A stretch of 64,000 nucleotides of DNA from a virus. Shown here one piece after another: positions 50,466 to 60,272 of this stretch (within the stretch, counting starts at the first letter, position 1; each line of letters opens with the position of its first letter). The notes below the pieces were generated by a model. It made no database searches and was not told where the DNA came from. It saw only the letters and a program-made list of their open reading frames with translations. Where the stretch lies: IMG/VR virus record IMGVR_UViG_3300032093_000017; one strand, written 5' to 3'. A program made the position numbers and the translations under genes.

Positions 50466-50574
50466 GGTTTAGTCCCCGAAAGGGGACTTTTTTATGACTT
50501 GACACCAGAACCAGACCGTAGTATGATAAATAGGTAAACAAATGTTAAGGATTCCTCATAATTCTTAACATTGT

Positions 50575-50690
50575 CAAACACCCGTTAACCGAGACCTATG
50601 GGTGTATAAGAACGTCTCTCATACCCACAATGGAGGGTGTTGTGGGATATACTGTAACCATCCAGTTCCCCCTGGACTTTTACTTACCCT
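50575..50690 (+). ncRNA. PhotoRC-II-like structured psbA leader
   Basis: gagac/gtctc pairing; cccacaa-tggagggtg-ttgtggg hairpin directly 5' of a phage psbA. Confidence 0.65.
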
Positions 50691-50700
50691 TTTAAAACAA

Positions 50701-52260
50701 ATGACTGCTTCAATCGCTTCACGCCGTTCTGGCGAAAATACCTGGGAACAATTTTGTAACTGGGTGACTTCAACCGATAACCGTCTTTATGTCGGGTGGT
50801 TTGGTGTTTTGATGATTCCAACGCTGCTTACTGCTGCTACTTGTTTCATTATCGCATTCATTGGTGCTCCTCCTGTGGACATTGATGGTATTCGTGAACC
50901 CGTTGCTGGTTCTCTAATGTACGGAAACAACATCATCTCTGGTGCCGTTGTTCCTTCGTCCAATGCAATTGGACTGCACTTTTATCCCATCTGGGAAGCT
51001 GCTTCCCTAGATGAGTGGCTTTACAACGGTGGACCTTTCCAACTTGTTGTCTTCCACTTCCTCATCGGCATCTATTGCTATATGGGTCGTGAATGGGAAC
51101 TCTCTTACCGTCTAGGTATGCGTCCTTGGATTATGGTTGCTTACAGTGCTCCTGTTGCTGCTGCGAGTGCAGTTTTCCTGGTCTATCCTTTCGGTCAAGG
51201 TTCTTTCTCTGATGCAATGCCTCTGGGTATTTCTGGTACGTTCAACTATATGCTTGTGTTCCAGGCAGAGCACAACATCCTGATGCACCCCTTCCATATG
51301 CTTGGAGTTGCTGGTGTGTTCGGTGGTTCTCTGTTCAGTGCAATGCACGGTTCTCTGGTTACTTCCTCGCTGGTTCGTGAAACCACTGAGAATGAGTCTC
51401 AGAACTACGGTTATAAGTTCGGCCAAGAAGAAGAGACTTATAACATCGTTGCTGCTCACGGTTATTTCGGTCGTCTTATTTTCCAATATGCGTCCTTTAA
51501 TAACTCCCGTTCACTGCACTTCTTCCTTGCTGCCTGGCCCGTTGTAGGCATCTGGTTCACTGCTCTTGGTGTGAGCACTATGGCTTTTAACCTCAATCGT
51601 CGGGGTCCCGTCCTAGCAATTTGACGGTAAACATCGGGTGAACTGCTGGAAGCCCTCCACAAATGGGTAATCAGCATCCAAGTCCAAAGTACACTTTGGA
51701 AAGGTTCAGAGACTACCTGAGGAGTTCAGTCTCCTTAATAACAGGAATAAGTGCCCGACATCCTAAACGGATGAAGATATAGTCCACTCCTTAAAGATGG
51801 TAAATTTAAGGGTTCAGTGTAACGGTTTCAACTTTAACCAATCTATCGTAGATAGTCAGGGTAAAGTTATTAATACTTGGGCAGATGTGCTCAATCGTGC
51901 AGGACTCGGAATGGAGGTAATGCACGAACGGAACGCTAGATTTGTTGGTGTTCTTGCTTAGGAATAAGCATTAGTAAAATCGGGTTAAACGGGGAAACTC
52001 TCTATGAGACAATCCCGTACCAAGTCAGAAAGGGTTTAAGTTTTCTGAAAGGTCTAACGACTAGGTGGTGAGTCCCAACAATAATCCACCCACGAATGCC
52101 CGACATCCAGAACGGATGAAGAGATAGTCTGAACTTACTAGTGATAGTAAGAAGTAGAGGATAAAGAACCACTACGATAACAAAATTGCACAACTTCCCA
52201 CTTGACCTTGCTGCCGCAGAAGCAACTCCTGTTGCTCTTACTGCACCTGCAATCGGTTGA
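50701..52260 (+). CDS. psbA: Photosystem II D1; exons 50701-51593, 51820-51937 and 52189-52260 (360 aa spliced)
   Basis: Joined exons restore [12 protein letters not shown] and [14 protein letters not shown]. Confidence 0.95.
51594..51819 (+). mobile_element. Group I intron 1 (226 nt, no ORF)
   Basis: 5' exon ends in U with P1 acctc/ggggt U-G pair; R gttcagagacta, S gaagatatagtcc; terminal G. Confidence 0.92.
51938..52188 (+). mobile_element. Group I intron 2 (251 nt, no ORF)
   Basis: P1 gaacgct/ggtgttc; R ctaacgacta, S gaagagatagtct; terminal G. Confidence 0.92.
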
Positions 52261-52269
52261 TAAAATTGG

Positions 52270-52294
52270 AGACCCTTTACGGGTCTCTTTTTTT
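52270..52294 (+). terminator. psbA terminator
   Basis: gagaccc/gggtctc followed by a T run. Confidence 0.85.
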
Positions 52295-52347
52295 GTGCTA
52301 TAATGGAGTTTAAGATTTTATAAATAGTTAAAAGATTAAACACCATA

Positions 52348-52869
52348 ATGAGAACCACGAAGATTTGTAGAACCTGCACACAAGAACTTCCTATCTCTGA
52401 TTTTAGAGAAGGTCGTAGAAGGTGTTTAAGATGTGAGGAAAAAACTTATGCTGAAAACTGGGCAAGTAAAACTCACATTACTTGCAACAAGTGTGGTGTA
52501 GAAAAATTGATTTCTGAATATTACAAAGGGCACAAAAGGTGCAAGGAATGTTATAGTAAAGACTATAAGGATAAGAAACCTTCCTTTGATGATAAGAAGG
52601 ACTATATGTTGAAATATACTTATGGAGAAGATTTTGGACTAGACGAATATAAAAAACTCCTTCAGGAACAAAATGAAGTTTGTGCTATTTGCTTTAATCC
52701 AAATACCAATGGTAGAAAAGATAGTAATAGTCTTTATGTGGACCACGACCATAATACTGGTAAAGTTCGTGGATTGCTTTGTAGCAACTGTAATAGAATG
52801 CTTGGTCTAGTTGGTGATAATTTAAATACATTAAGTAGTGCAGTTAAATATCTACAAAAGCACCAATAA
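52348..52869 (+). mobile_element. Free-standing Endonuclease VII-family homing endonuclease (F-CphI-like)
   Basis: CAIC...VDHDH..GKVRGLLCSNCN..LG; two N-terminal CxxC/CxxC modules; TATAAATA at 52319-52326. Confidence 0.88.
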
Positions 52870-53025
52870 TATGAGTCATAATACCCAAAACGAACCTATA
52901 CCTAACTGGATAATCTGGGCAGGCATAGGACTTATGATATTCACAATACTTTGCTTTGTCTTACTAACTGTTGGGATGATTTATGAATGAGCAAAAGAAT
53001 AAATAACTAAAAAGTATCTCATAAG

Positions 53026-53496
53026 ATGGACTCACAAGAACTTCGCAATCTTCAAGAAGCATATATGGAAGTTGTTGAAAATCAGAAACTTGATGAAGAA
53101 ATAACTCCCGAAAGAAGAACACAATATAAAAGAGGTCTTAAAGTTAGACAAACAAACCAAGAAACTGGTTTTGGTAAAGGAAGACCAAGAAAAAGAGCAA
53201 CCTCACCACAACCAGGAGCACAACATTATAGAAAAGGAATGACGCAATCTCATCGTGATACTATGAGAGATGCTGCGAGAGAAGAAAATCCCGAAAGACC
53301 AGAAGGTAGTGGTTCTCTTCCAAAGGGTAAAAAGTTAGAAAGACAAAAGAAAACAGGTGTAAGTGCTGAAAGTTTTGATATTTACGACATCATCCTCTCA
53401 CATCTTCTTGATGAAGGATATGCTGAAACACCAGAAGCAGCAGAAGCAATTATGGTGAATATGAGTGAAGATTGGAGACAGAGTATTATTGGTTGA
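53026..53496 (+). CDS. Late cassette protein B (paralog of 45275)
   Basis: MDSQELRNLQEAY...YDIILSHLLDEGYAETPEAAEAIMVNMSEDW. Confidence 0.8.
   Translation: MDSQELRNLQEAYMEVVENQKLDEEITPERRTQYKRGLKVRQTNQETGFGKGRPRKRATSPQPGAQHYRKGMTQSHRDTMRDAAREENPERPEGSGSLPKGKKLERQKKTGVSAESFDIYDIILSHLLDEGYAETPEAAEAIMVNMSEDWRQSIIG
53383..53496 (+). repeat. 114-bp dispersed repeat, copy 2
   Basis: Matches 45605-45718. Confidence 0.92.
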
Positions 53497-53561
53497 GTAT
53501 AATGTGATATAATACGTAGGAGACCTGTGAAGGTCTCTTTTTTTATGAGCAATAATACTCA

Positions 53562-53590
53562 TTGACCTCTTTTGTAAAGTATTGTAAACT
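53562..53590 (+). promoter_or_regulatory. psbD promoter (ttgacc-N17-taaact) overlapped by a consensus HLR1 box
   Basis: Minus strand of 53571-53588 reads TTTACAAT-ac-TTTACAAA. Confidence 0.65.
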
Positions 53591-53619
53591 AAATATGAGA
53601 AATACTAAAAGGAGGATTG

Positions 53620-54681
53620 ATGGTATCTTCATCACTTTCATTACCAAACCAACAACGAAGTTGGTTTGATTTACTTGATGATTGGTTGAAAAGAGATAGG
53701 TTTGTGTTTATTGGATGGAGTGGTTTACTTTTTATGCCTTGTGCTTACCTAGCATTAGGTGGATGGTTTACTGGAATTACATTCGTCACGAGTTTTTATA
53801 CACACGGTTTAGCATCCTCATTTCTAGAAGGTTGTAATGCGTTGACCGCTGCGGTAAGCACCCCAGCAGATGCTATGGGTCATTCTCTTCTTCTGCTCTG
53901 GGGTCCTGAGGCTCAAGGGGATATCGTCAGGTGGTTCCAACTTGGGGGACTCTGGACTTTTGTGGCACTCCACGGTGCCTTTAGTTTGATTGGATTTATG
54001 CTTCGTCAGTTTGAGATTGCTCGTCTTGTAGGCATTCGTCCTTATAATGCTATTGCGTTTTCTGGTCCGATTGCAGTATTCGTTTCTGTATTCTTGATGT
54101 ATCCACTGGGTCAGTCCAGTTGGTTCTTTGCTCCATCCTTTGGGGTAGCAGCAATCTTCAGGTTCCTGCTGTTCCTTCAGGGTTTCCATAACTGGACTCT
54201 CAACCCCTTCCATATGATGGGAGTTGCTGGTATACTAGGAGGAGCACTACTCTGTGCGATTCACGGAGCAACCGTAGAAAACACTCTATTTGAAGATAGT
54301 GAGCAAGCAAATACATTCAAAGCATTTGAACCTACGCAAGAGGAAGAGACTTACTCAATGGTTACTGCGAACAGATTCTGGTCACAGATTTTTGGTATTG
54401 CTTTCAGTAATAAGCGTTGGCTTCATTTCTTTATGCTTTTCGTTCCCGTTATGGGTCTTTGGACTTCTTCTATTGGTATTATTGGTCTGGCTCTCAATCT
54501 TCGTGCTTACGATTTCGTGAGTCAGGAGATTCGTGCAGCAGAAGACCCTGAGTTTGAAACCTTCTATACCAAGAATATTCTCTTGAATGAAGGTCTTCGT
54601 GCTTGGATGGCTCCAGTAGACCAACCACACGAGCAGTTTGTGTTCCCAGAGGAAGTACTTCCGAGGGGTAATGCTCTTTGA
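53620..54681 (+). CDS. psbD: Photosystem II D2
   Basis: [31 protein letters not shown]. Confidence 0.97.
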   Translation: MVSSSLSLPNQQRSWFDLLDDWLKRDRFVFIGWSGLLFMPCAYLALGGWFTGITFVTSFYTHGLASSFLEGCNALTAAVSTPADAMGHSLLLLWGPEAQGDIVRWFQLGGLWTFVALHGAFSLIGFMLRQFEIARLVGIRPYNAIAFSGPIAVFVSVFLMYPLGQSSWFFAPSFGVAAIFRFLLFLQGFHNWTLNPFHMMGVAGILGGALLCAIHGATVENTLFEDSEQANTFKAFEPTQEEETYSMVTANRFWSQIFGIAFSNKRWLHFFMLFVPVMGLWTSSIGIIGLALNLRAYDFVSQEIRAAEDPEFETFYTKNILLNEGLRAWMAPVDQPHEQFVFPEEVLPRGNAL

Positions 54682-54687
54682 TTTTAT

Positions 54688-54710
54688 AAGACCCTTCGGG
54701 GTCTTTTTTT
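54688..54710 (+). terminator. psbD terminator
   Basis: aagaccc-TTCG-gggtctt followed by a T run. Confidence 0.88.
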
Positions 54711-54996
54711 ATCACACAAGACCTATAGTAGTCCTACATACAACAGTTACTTCTTACTTATGAAAACCTTAACTCTTACAGAAGAGCAAATCAAACTTCT
54801 TGCTGATGCAGTATGGATGCGTCAGCGTCGTTTTATTGCTGGAGACAAACGATTCAAAGAATATGGGGAGATACTGAATAATATTCTTGAAGATATGGAA
54901 TACACTCCATCAAGATTTTGAATGTTTTCAATTCATAACAAAATCTACCACATTAACAAGAACCCATTATAATTACAAATGAGTTCTTACTTTTTT

Positions 54997-55659
54997 ATGA
55001 AGATCTTTTTAGATACAGCAGATGTTTCAATGATTAGTCCAGCATATGAGACTGGACTATTGGATGGAGTCACTACAAATCCATCACTAATTCTCAAAAG
55101 TGGTAGACAACTCCAAGAAGTTATTGAAGAAATTTCCACAACATTTACAAATTTAGAAAGCATTTCAGCAGAGGTTGTTGCAGATACTGCCGAAGAAATG
55201 CTTTCACAAGCACAAAAATTTTATACAATTGCACCAGCAGTTACAATCAAAGTTCCTTGTACTGTAGAAGGACTTAAAGTATGTAAGTTTCTGACAGATA
55301 AGGGAATTCAAGTCAATGTAACCCTGGTGTTCTCAGTAGCACAAGCAATTCTTGCATCCAAAGCAGGAGCAACATTCATTTCACCTTTCGTTGGTCGTTG
55401 GATGGATAATTCAATTGATGGAATTGAACTTATCAAAAACATCCGTAAGGCATTTGATTACTCAGGAACATCTACACAAATTCTTGCAGCATCTCTTCGT
55501 GATGTAAGACAGGTAGAACAATCTGCTCTAAATGGTGCTGATGTGGTTACAATTCCTCCTATTGTATTCTGGGCAATGTATAGTAACATTATGACTGATA
55601 AGGGTCTAGAACTCTTTCAGAAGGATTGGGAAACCGTTATTGATAATCAAAAAGAATGA
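54997..55659 (+). CDS. talC: Transaldolase (TalC type)
   Basis: FLDTA, GVTTNPS, IKVP, NVTL, SPFVGR. Confidence 0.94.
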   Translation: MKIFLDTADVSMISPAYETGLLDGVTTNPSLILKSGRQLQEVIEEISTTFTNLESISAEVVADTAEEMLSQAQKFYTIAPAVTIKVPCTVEGLKVCKFLTDKGIQVNVTLVFSVAQAILASKAGATFISPFVGRWMDNSIDGIELIKNIRKAFDYSGTSTQILAASLRDVRQVEQSALNGADVVTIPPIVFWAMYSNIMTDKGLELFQKDWETVIDNQKE

Positions 55660-56987
55660 AATCAATAGTTATATTTGGAGCAACTGGAGACCTTTGCAAA
55701 AGGAAACTTATACCGGCACTTTATTCTCTTCATAAGAAAAATCTTTTACCAAAAGGATTTAAAATTATTGGTGCTTCCAGAACCAAACATAGTAAGGAGA
55801 GTTGGGTTGAGATTTTAGGGCATTATTCTCAAGAGTTTATTAAAAGACTTAATTATGTTTCTTGTGACCTAAGTGATGTAGAATCTTTAAAACTGATAGA
55901 TTCTTATGATGACACCACTTATTTTCTATCAGTTCCTCCAGAAAGATATGTTGATGCAATTACCAATCTAAAAGAGGCAGGTAAGTTAGATGACGCAGAA
56001 AAATCCAGAGTCATTATTGAGAAACCTTTTGGCACCGATCTTCAATCTGCTAATCATTTACAATCTGTGGTGGCTGGATATTTACGCGAGAAACAAGTAT
56101 ATCGCATTGATCATTATCTCGGTAAAGATACTGTTAATAATATCCTTGCCACCCGCTTTAGCAATATATTATTGGAACCACTTTGGAACAGGAACTTTGT
56201 AGAAGAAGTTCAGATCTTTGCAACTGAAACAATTGGTTGTGAAGGTCGTGCTCAGTATTATGATACTGCTGGTGCTGTGAGAGATATGCTTCAAAACCAC
56301 ATGCTTCAGGTGCTTGCATTGATTGCAATGGAACCTCCTTGTAAAAATGATGCTAAAGAAATTCGCAGAGAGAAGGTTAAGGTTCTCGCAGCGACAAGAC
56401 TGGGTGATAATGTAGTTCTTGGACAATATGATGATTATAAAAATGAGGAAGGAGTAACTCCAGGTTCTCAAACTCCAACCTTTGTTGCTGGTGAGTTGTA
56501 TGTTGATAATTGGAGATGGAAAGGAGTTCCATTTCACTTTATGACTGGTAAAAAAATGCCTGTAAATTGTGTTGAGGTTGTGATTAAGTTTAAGTCTCCA
56601 CCACAACAATTGTTTGATGGGCACGATTGTAATGATAGAATTGTAATGAGATTGCAACCAGATCCACATTTGGATATGAGTATTGATATTAAATCTCCTG
56701 GTCTAAATGATAAGGTAGAAACGGCAATTCTTCAGTATCATTATCCAGTAGAAAAAGCAATTGATGGTTATGTAAAACTTTTTTATGATGCAATTAATGA
56801 AGATCAATCACACTTTGTTCACGCAGATGAAGTGTTAGAATCTTGGAGAATTGTTGATGATCTTTTATGTACTGGAGATCAATGTCGTATTATGACAATG
56901 CCATATCTTTATAACGAAGGTGTTTGGGGACCTTGGCAAAAAACAGAACTGATTACTAAGTGGGATTATCCACTCAAATTAAAATAG
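55656..56987 (+). CDS. zwf: Glucose-6-phosphate dehydrogenase
   Basis: GATGDL, EKPFG, RIDHYLGK. Confidence 0.95.
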   Translation: MKSIVIFGATGDLCKRKLIPALYSLHKKNLLPKGFKIIGASRTKHSKESWVEILGHYSQEFIKRLNYVSCDLSDVESLKLIDSYDDTTYFLSVPPERYVDAITNLKEAGKLDDAEKSRVIIEKPFGTDLQSANHLQSVVAGYLREKQVYRIDHYLGKDTVNNILATRFSNILLEPLWNRNFVEEVQIFATETIGCEGRAQYYDTAGAVRDMLQNHMLQVLALIAMEPPCKNDAKEIRREKVKVLAATRLGDNVVLGQYDDYKNEEGVTPGSQTPTFVAGELYVDNWRWKGVPFHFMTGKKMPVNCVEVVIKFKSPPQQLFDGHDCNDRIVMRLQPDPHLDMSIDIKSPGLNDKVETAILQYHYPVEKAIDGYVKLFYDAINEDQSHFVHADEVLESWRIVDDLLCTGDQCRIMTMPYLYNEGVWGPWQKTELITKWDYPLKLK

Positions 56988-56997
56988 GAGTAAAAAA

Positions 56998-58029
56998 ATG
57001 AAAGTAGGATTGATTGGATTAGGTAGAATGGGTGAAGGTATGTCTCGTCGTATGATGAAGGCAGGAATAGAAGTTTGGGGTTACAGAAGAAATCTTGATA
57101 AGGCAAATGAATTATTTGAAAGGGGTTATATTTCTGGATATGCTGCCGATATTGAAACTCTTGTTAGGATAGTTAAACGAAATAAAAATGGAGAACAACC
57201 TGGAATTTTTCAGATGGTTGTACCTGCAGAAACAGTAGAGGAGACTATCAATGAGCTACTACGATATTGTGGTGAAGGAGATATTATTATTGATCATGGC
57301 AATAGCAATTTTAAAGACAGTCGGAAGAGAGCAGAACGACTTGCAAAGCAGGGCATCCAGTATATTGATTGTGGCACTAGTGGTGGTGTTTACGGTTTGG
57401 ATCGTGGATACTGTCTTATGGTTGGAGGTGGAAATACTGCAGTCGCCACTTGTTCGCGCATTTTTAATGCACTCGCCCCAGGAATTGACGCTGCCCCCAG
57501 GACTCAATTTGACTCAGACATAACTTCTGCTGAATATGGGTGGTTGCATTGTGGTGGACCAGGTGCAGGGCACTTTGTAAAGATGGTGCATAATGGTATT
57601 GAATATGGTATTATGCAAGCATACGCAGAAGGATTCAACATTATCAAGAATGCAAATGCAGGTGCTCAGTATGTCAGAGAAGGAGATGCAGAAGTTGCCC
57701 CAATGGCAGATCCAGAATCTTACTGCTATGATATTGACGTTGCTGAGGTTGCTGAGTTATGGCGTCGTGGTAGTGTGGTTGGGTCTTGGTTACTTGACCT
57801 TACTGCTGATGTGTTACGCAGGGATGGTAGACTTAAACAGTTCTCTGGAGGCGTATCCGACAGTGGTGAGGGTCGCTGGACTGTTTCTGCCGCTGTGGAT
57901 CTGGGGATTCCCGCTCCTGTTATTACTACTGCGCTATTTGAAAGATTTAACTCACGCAATCTCGGATCCTTCGGAGCAAAAATCTTGAACGGAATGAGGT
58001 TTATGTTTGGGGGACATCACGTTAGATGA
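56998..58029 (+). CDS. gnd: 6-phosphogluconate dehydrogenase (short form)
   Basis: GLGRMG, GTSGG, GHFVKMVHNGIEY, DSGEGRW. Confidence 0.95.
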   Translation: MKVGLIGLGRMGEGMSRRMMKAGIEVWGYRRNLDKANELFERGYISGYAADIETLVRIVKRNKNGEQPGIFQMVVPAETVEETINELLRYCGEGDIIIDHGNSNFKDSRKRAERLAKQGIQYIDCGTSGGVYGLDRGYCLMVGGGNTAVATCSRIFNALAPGIDAAPRTQFDSDITSAEYGWLHCGGPGAGHFVKMVHNGIEYGIMQAYAEGFNIIKNANAGAQYVREGDAEVAPMADPESYCYDIDVAEVAELWRRGSVVGSWLLDLTADVLRRDGRLKQFSGGVSDSGEGRWTVSAAVDLGIPAPVITTALFERFNSRNLGSFGAKILNGMRFMFGGHHVR

Positions 58030-58134
58030 TTAGTTCAGAAACACCTTATAAATTGGATGAGATCATTCGTGATACTTGGCCACAACTTTACAGACCCATG
58101 AAAAAAGAGTATAATAAAGAAAAGGAAACTAAAA

Positions 58135-58446
58135 ATGAAAAAGTATAATGAAGAATATTTTTCAGTAATTGATAGAAACACTGGAAAAAAACTTATGGAT
58201 TGTGGTTTGGAGGAAGATGCTCTTGAGATGGTTTCTTTTGATCCCCAAAACCGCACTTATACTCGCAATAAGTTTCTGATGGGTCAGGTGATTGATGTTG
58301 AGATACCAAAGGCACTGCCAACGAATGAAATTGCTATCAATACCAAACCTTATCAAGAGCATCAAGATGAGTGGATGGTTGAGAAAATTAATCAATTACC
58401 ACAAATCAAACTTCCTGATAGGCAAGCAGAACCTTTTATGGTATGA
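58135..58446 (+). CDS. Hypothetical protein
   Basis: ORF track. Confidence 0.65.
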   Translation: MKKYNEEYFSVIDRNTGKKLMDCGLEEDALEMVSFDPQNRTYTRNKFLMGQVIDVEIPKALPTNEIAINTKPYQEHQDEWMVEKINQLPQIKLPDRQAEPFMV

Positions 58447-58578
58447 ATCATCGTAAAAGAAAACAATCTGAGAATCTTAAAAAGAAGAGGATGCACACCC
58501 CTGATCTAAATAGTCTAAGTCGTGCTTGGGCAAGGAGTGCTTGTGCTCATAAATACAAGAAAAAAAGTTGATAGTTAA

Positions 58579-60249
58579 ATGGGAAGATACGTTAAAACTA
58601 GAATCGTTACTGATGGATTGATTTATCTGAATGATGCTGGAAACTCTAAGTCATATTCTGGTGTCGGAACAGCAATCAAGAATTTAGTTGGATATGGTGC
58701 AACTAATACATCATTTAATCAAACATTTGTATCTTCGGGGACCAAGAGTCATTTTGTATCAACTGGAGCAACTTCTTATATAAGCAATACAAACGTAAGT
58801 GTAAGTGCTTCAACAGGTAGTGGTTTTACTATTTGTATGATGATTAAACCACAGATTTTAAATACTGTTGATGGCTGGAATTATTGGCTTGAACAATTAA
58901 CTTCCAATTCATTAATAGAATTTGGAGTAATTTCAAATGGAAGTTCCAATCCATTTTATCCTCTAAATGGGGGTGCAGGAACTGCTGGATGGCAGATAAA
59001 AGATAATTTAAAAATAGAAGGACAAAAAGTATTTACTTCAGTTGGTACTACTGCTTGGACTGTTCCTGTTGGGGTAACTTCTATCACTGCTGTTTGTGTT
59101 GGTGGTGGAGGAGGTGCTGGTGGTGGAAGTTCTTTCTATGAGGGTGCTGGTGGTGGAGGTGGTGGTCTTTCTTATGGTTCCACTGCTGTAACTCCTGGTG
59201 ATACTCTTTATATTAGAGTTGGTGCGGGGGGATCGGGTGGTAGATCATATAATTATGATAATGCTGGTTCTCAAGGTGGTGCTGGAAATGCAGGAGAATC
59301 AAGTTATATAAAAACTGGATCACATTCTGAAACTTCACTTCTTGAAGGTGGTGGAGGAGGTGGTGGAGGATATGCTGGTTTTCCTGATGCAGTTGGTGGT
59401 AGTGGAGGATCTTCTAGTGGAACCATAAGGACTAATGGTGGTTCTGGTGGTGCTGGTGGTAATGGGAGTAGCCTTCGTGGTGGAGGTGGAGGTGGTGCTG
59501 GTGGATATACTGGGAATGGTGGTGCGGGTGGGAGTGGTAGCAATGCTCAAAATGGATTTGCTGGATCTGGTGGTGGAGGTGGTGGAGGTGGAAATAGTTC
59601 TGCTAATCTATTGGAAGAGGTAGTTAATCCTGGTGGTGGAGTTGGAATAAATGAAGAAGGATCTGGAGGATCTGGGGGGACTGGCAATCAAACATTATTA
59701 TCTTTAAATTCTGGGTCACCTGGATCTTGGGGAAGTAGGGGAACTGCTTCAACTGGAGATTCTACTAAACAAACAAGTAGATCTGTCGGAGGTCTTTATG
59801 GTGGTGGAGGAGGTTCAAGAACTTCTGCATCAACTTATAGATTTGTTAGAGATGGAGGAAACGGTGGTCAGGGTGCAGTGAGAATTGTTTGGGGTCCCAA
59901 TAGATCTTATCCAATCAATAATACAGCAAATCCCATACCAGTAACACAATATGTAGAACTTAATGGTGGAGTATATTTTGGTGGAGGAAGTTCAACTGAC
60001 TGGAATTTTGTTGTTTTTGGAGTAACAACAAACTATTATACTTTTATATCTACAAATGGAAGCAATAAAACCTTAGGTTCTTCTAATGATTGGAACACAG
60101 CACCAGAAATTAACTTAAGTAAGATTTTTGGAACAGGAACAAGTAACTATAGTTGCTTATGGAACAATTGTATGATTTATAATCGTGAATTAACAAATGA
60201 AGAAATCCAAATAAACTTTGAAGCATTTAGACGTAAATTTGGAATCTAA
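58579..60249 (+). CDS. Tail-fibre-like protein: LamG-like domain interrupted by a glycine-rich domain
   Basis: IVTDGL..DAGN.KSY.G.GT at the N-terminus; IYNRELT.EEI..NF at the C-terminus; central poly-Gly block. Confidence 0.7.
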   Translation: MGRYVKTRIVTDGLIYLNDAGNSKSYSGVGTAIKNLVGYGATNTSFNQTFVSSGTKSHFVSTGATSYISNTNVSVSASTGSGFTICMMIKPQILNTVDGWNYWLEQLTSNSLIEFGVISNGSSNPFYPLNGGAGTAGWQIKDNLKIEGQKVFTSVGTTAWTVPVGVTSITAVCVGGGGGAGGGSSFYEGAGGGGGGLSYGSTAVTPGDTLYIRVGAGGSGGRSYNYDNAGSQGGAGNAGESSYIKTGSHSETSLLEGGGGGGGGYAGFPDAVGGSGGSSSGTIRTNGGSGGAGGNGSSLRGGGGGGAGGYTGNGGAGGSGSNAQNGFAGSGGGGGGGGNSSANLLEEVVNPGGGVGINEEGSGGSGGTGNQTLLSLNSGSPGSWGSRGTASTGDSTKQTSRSVGGLYGGGGGSRTSASTYRFVRDGGNGGQGAVRIVWGPNRSYPINNTANPIPVTQYVELNGGVYFGGGSSTDWNFVVFGVTTNYYTFISTNGSNKTLGSSNDWNTAPEINLSKIFGTGTSNYSCLWNNCMIYNRELTNEEIQINFEAFRRKFGI

Positions 60250-60272
60250 ATATTCATAAGTTGCAAAAACTT

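Noticed and set aside
50602-51624. psbA as a truncated pseudogene with an N-terminal extension, as in the ORF track
   Set aside because: True start is 50701; the missing C-terminus is recovered exactly by removing two introns
52002-52379. Minus-strand 125-aa ORF as an intron-encoded protein
   Set aside because: Antisense to intron 2 and exon 3; no nuclease motif
45605-53496. 114-bp repeat pair as a DGR template/variable repeat or as transposon ends
   Set aside because: Differences are few and not adenine-specific; both copies are coding; no reverse transcriptase or transposase in the window
59100-59880. ggt/gga repeats as a CRISPR array or tandem-repeat locus
   Set aside because: These are glycine codons; no fixed repeat-spacer period
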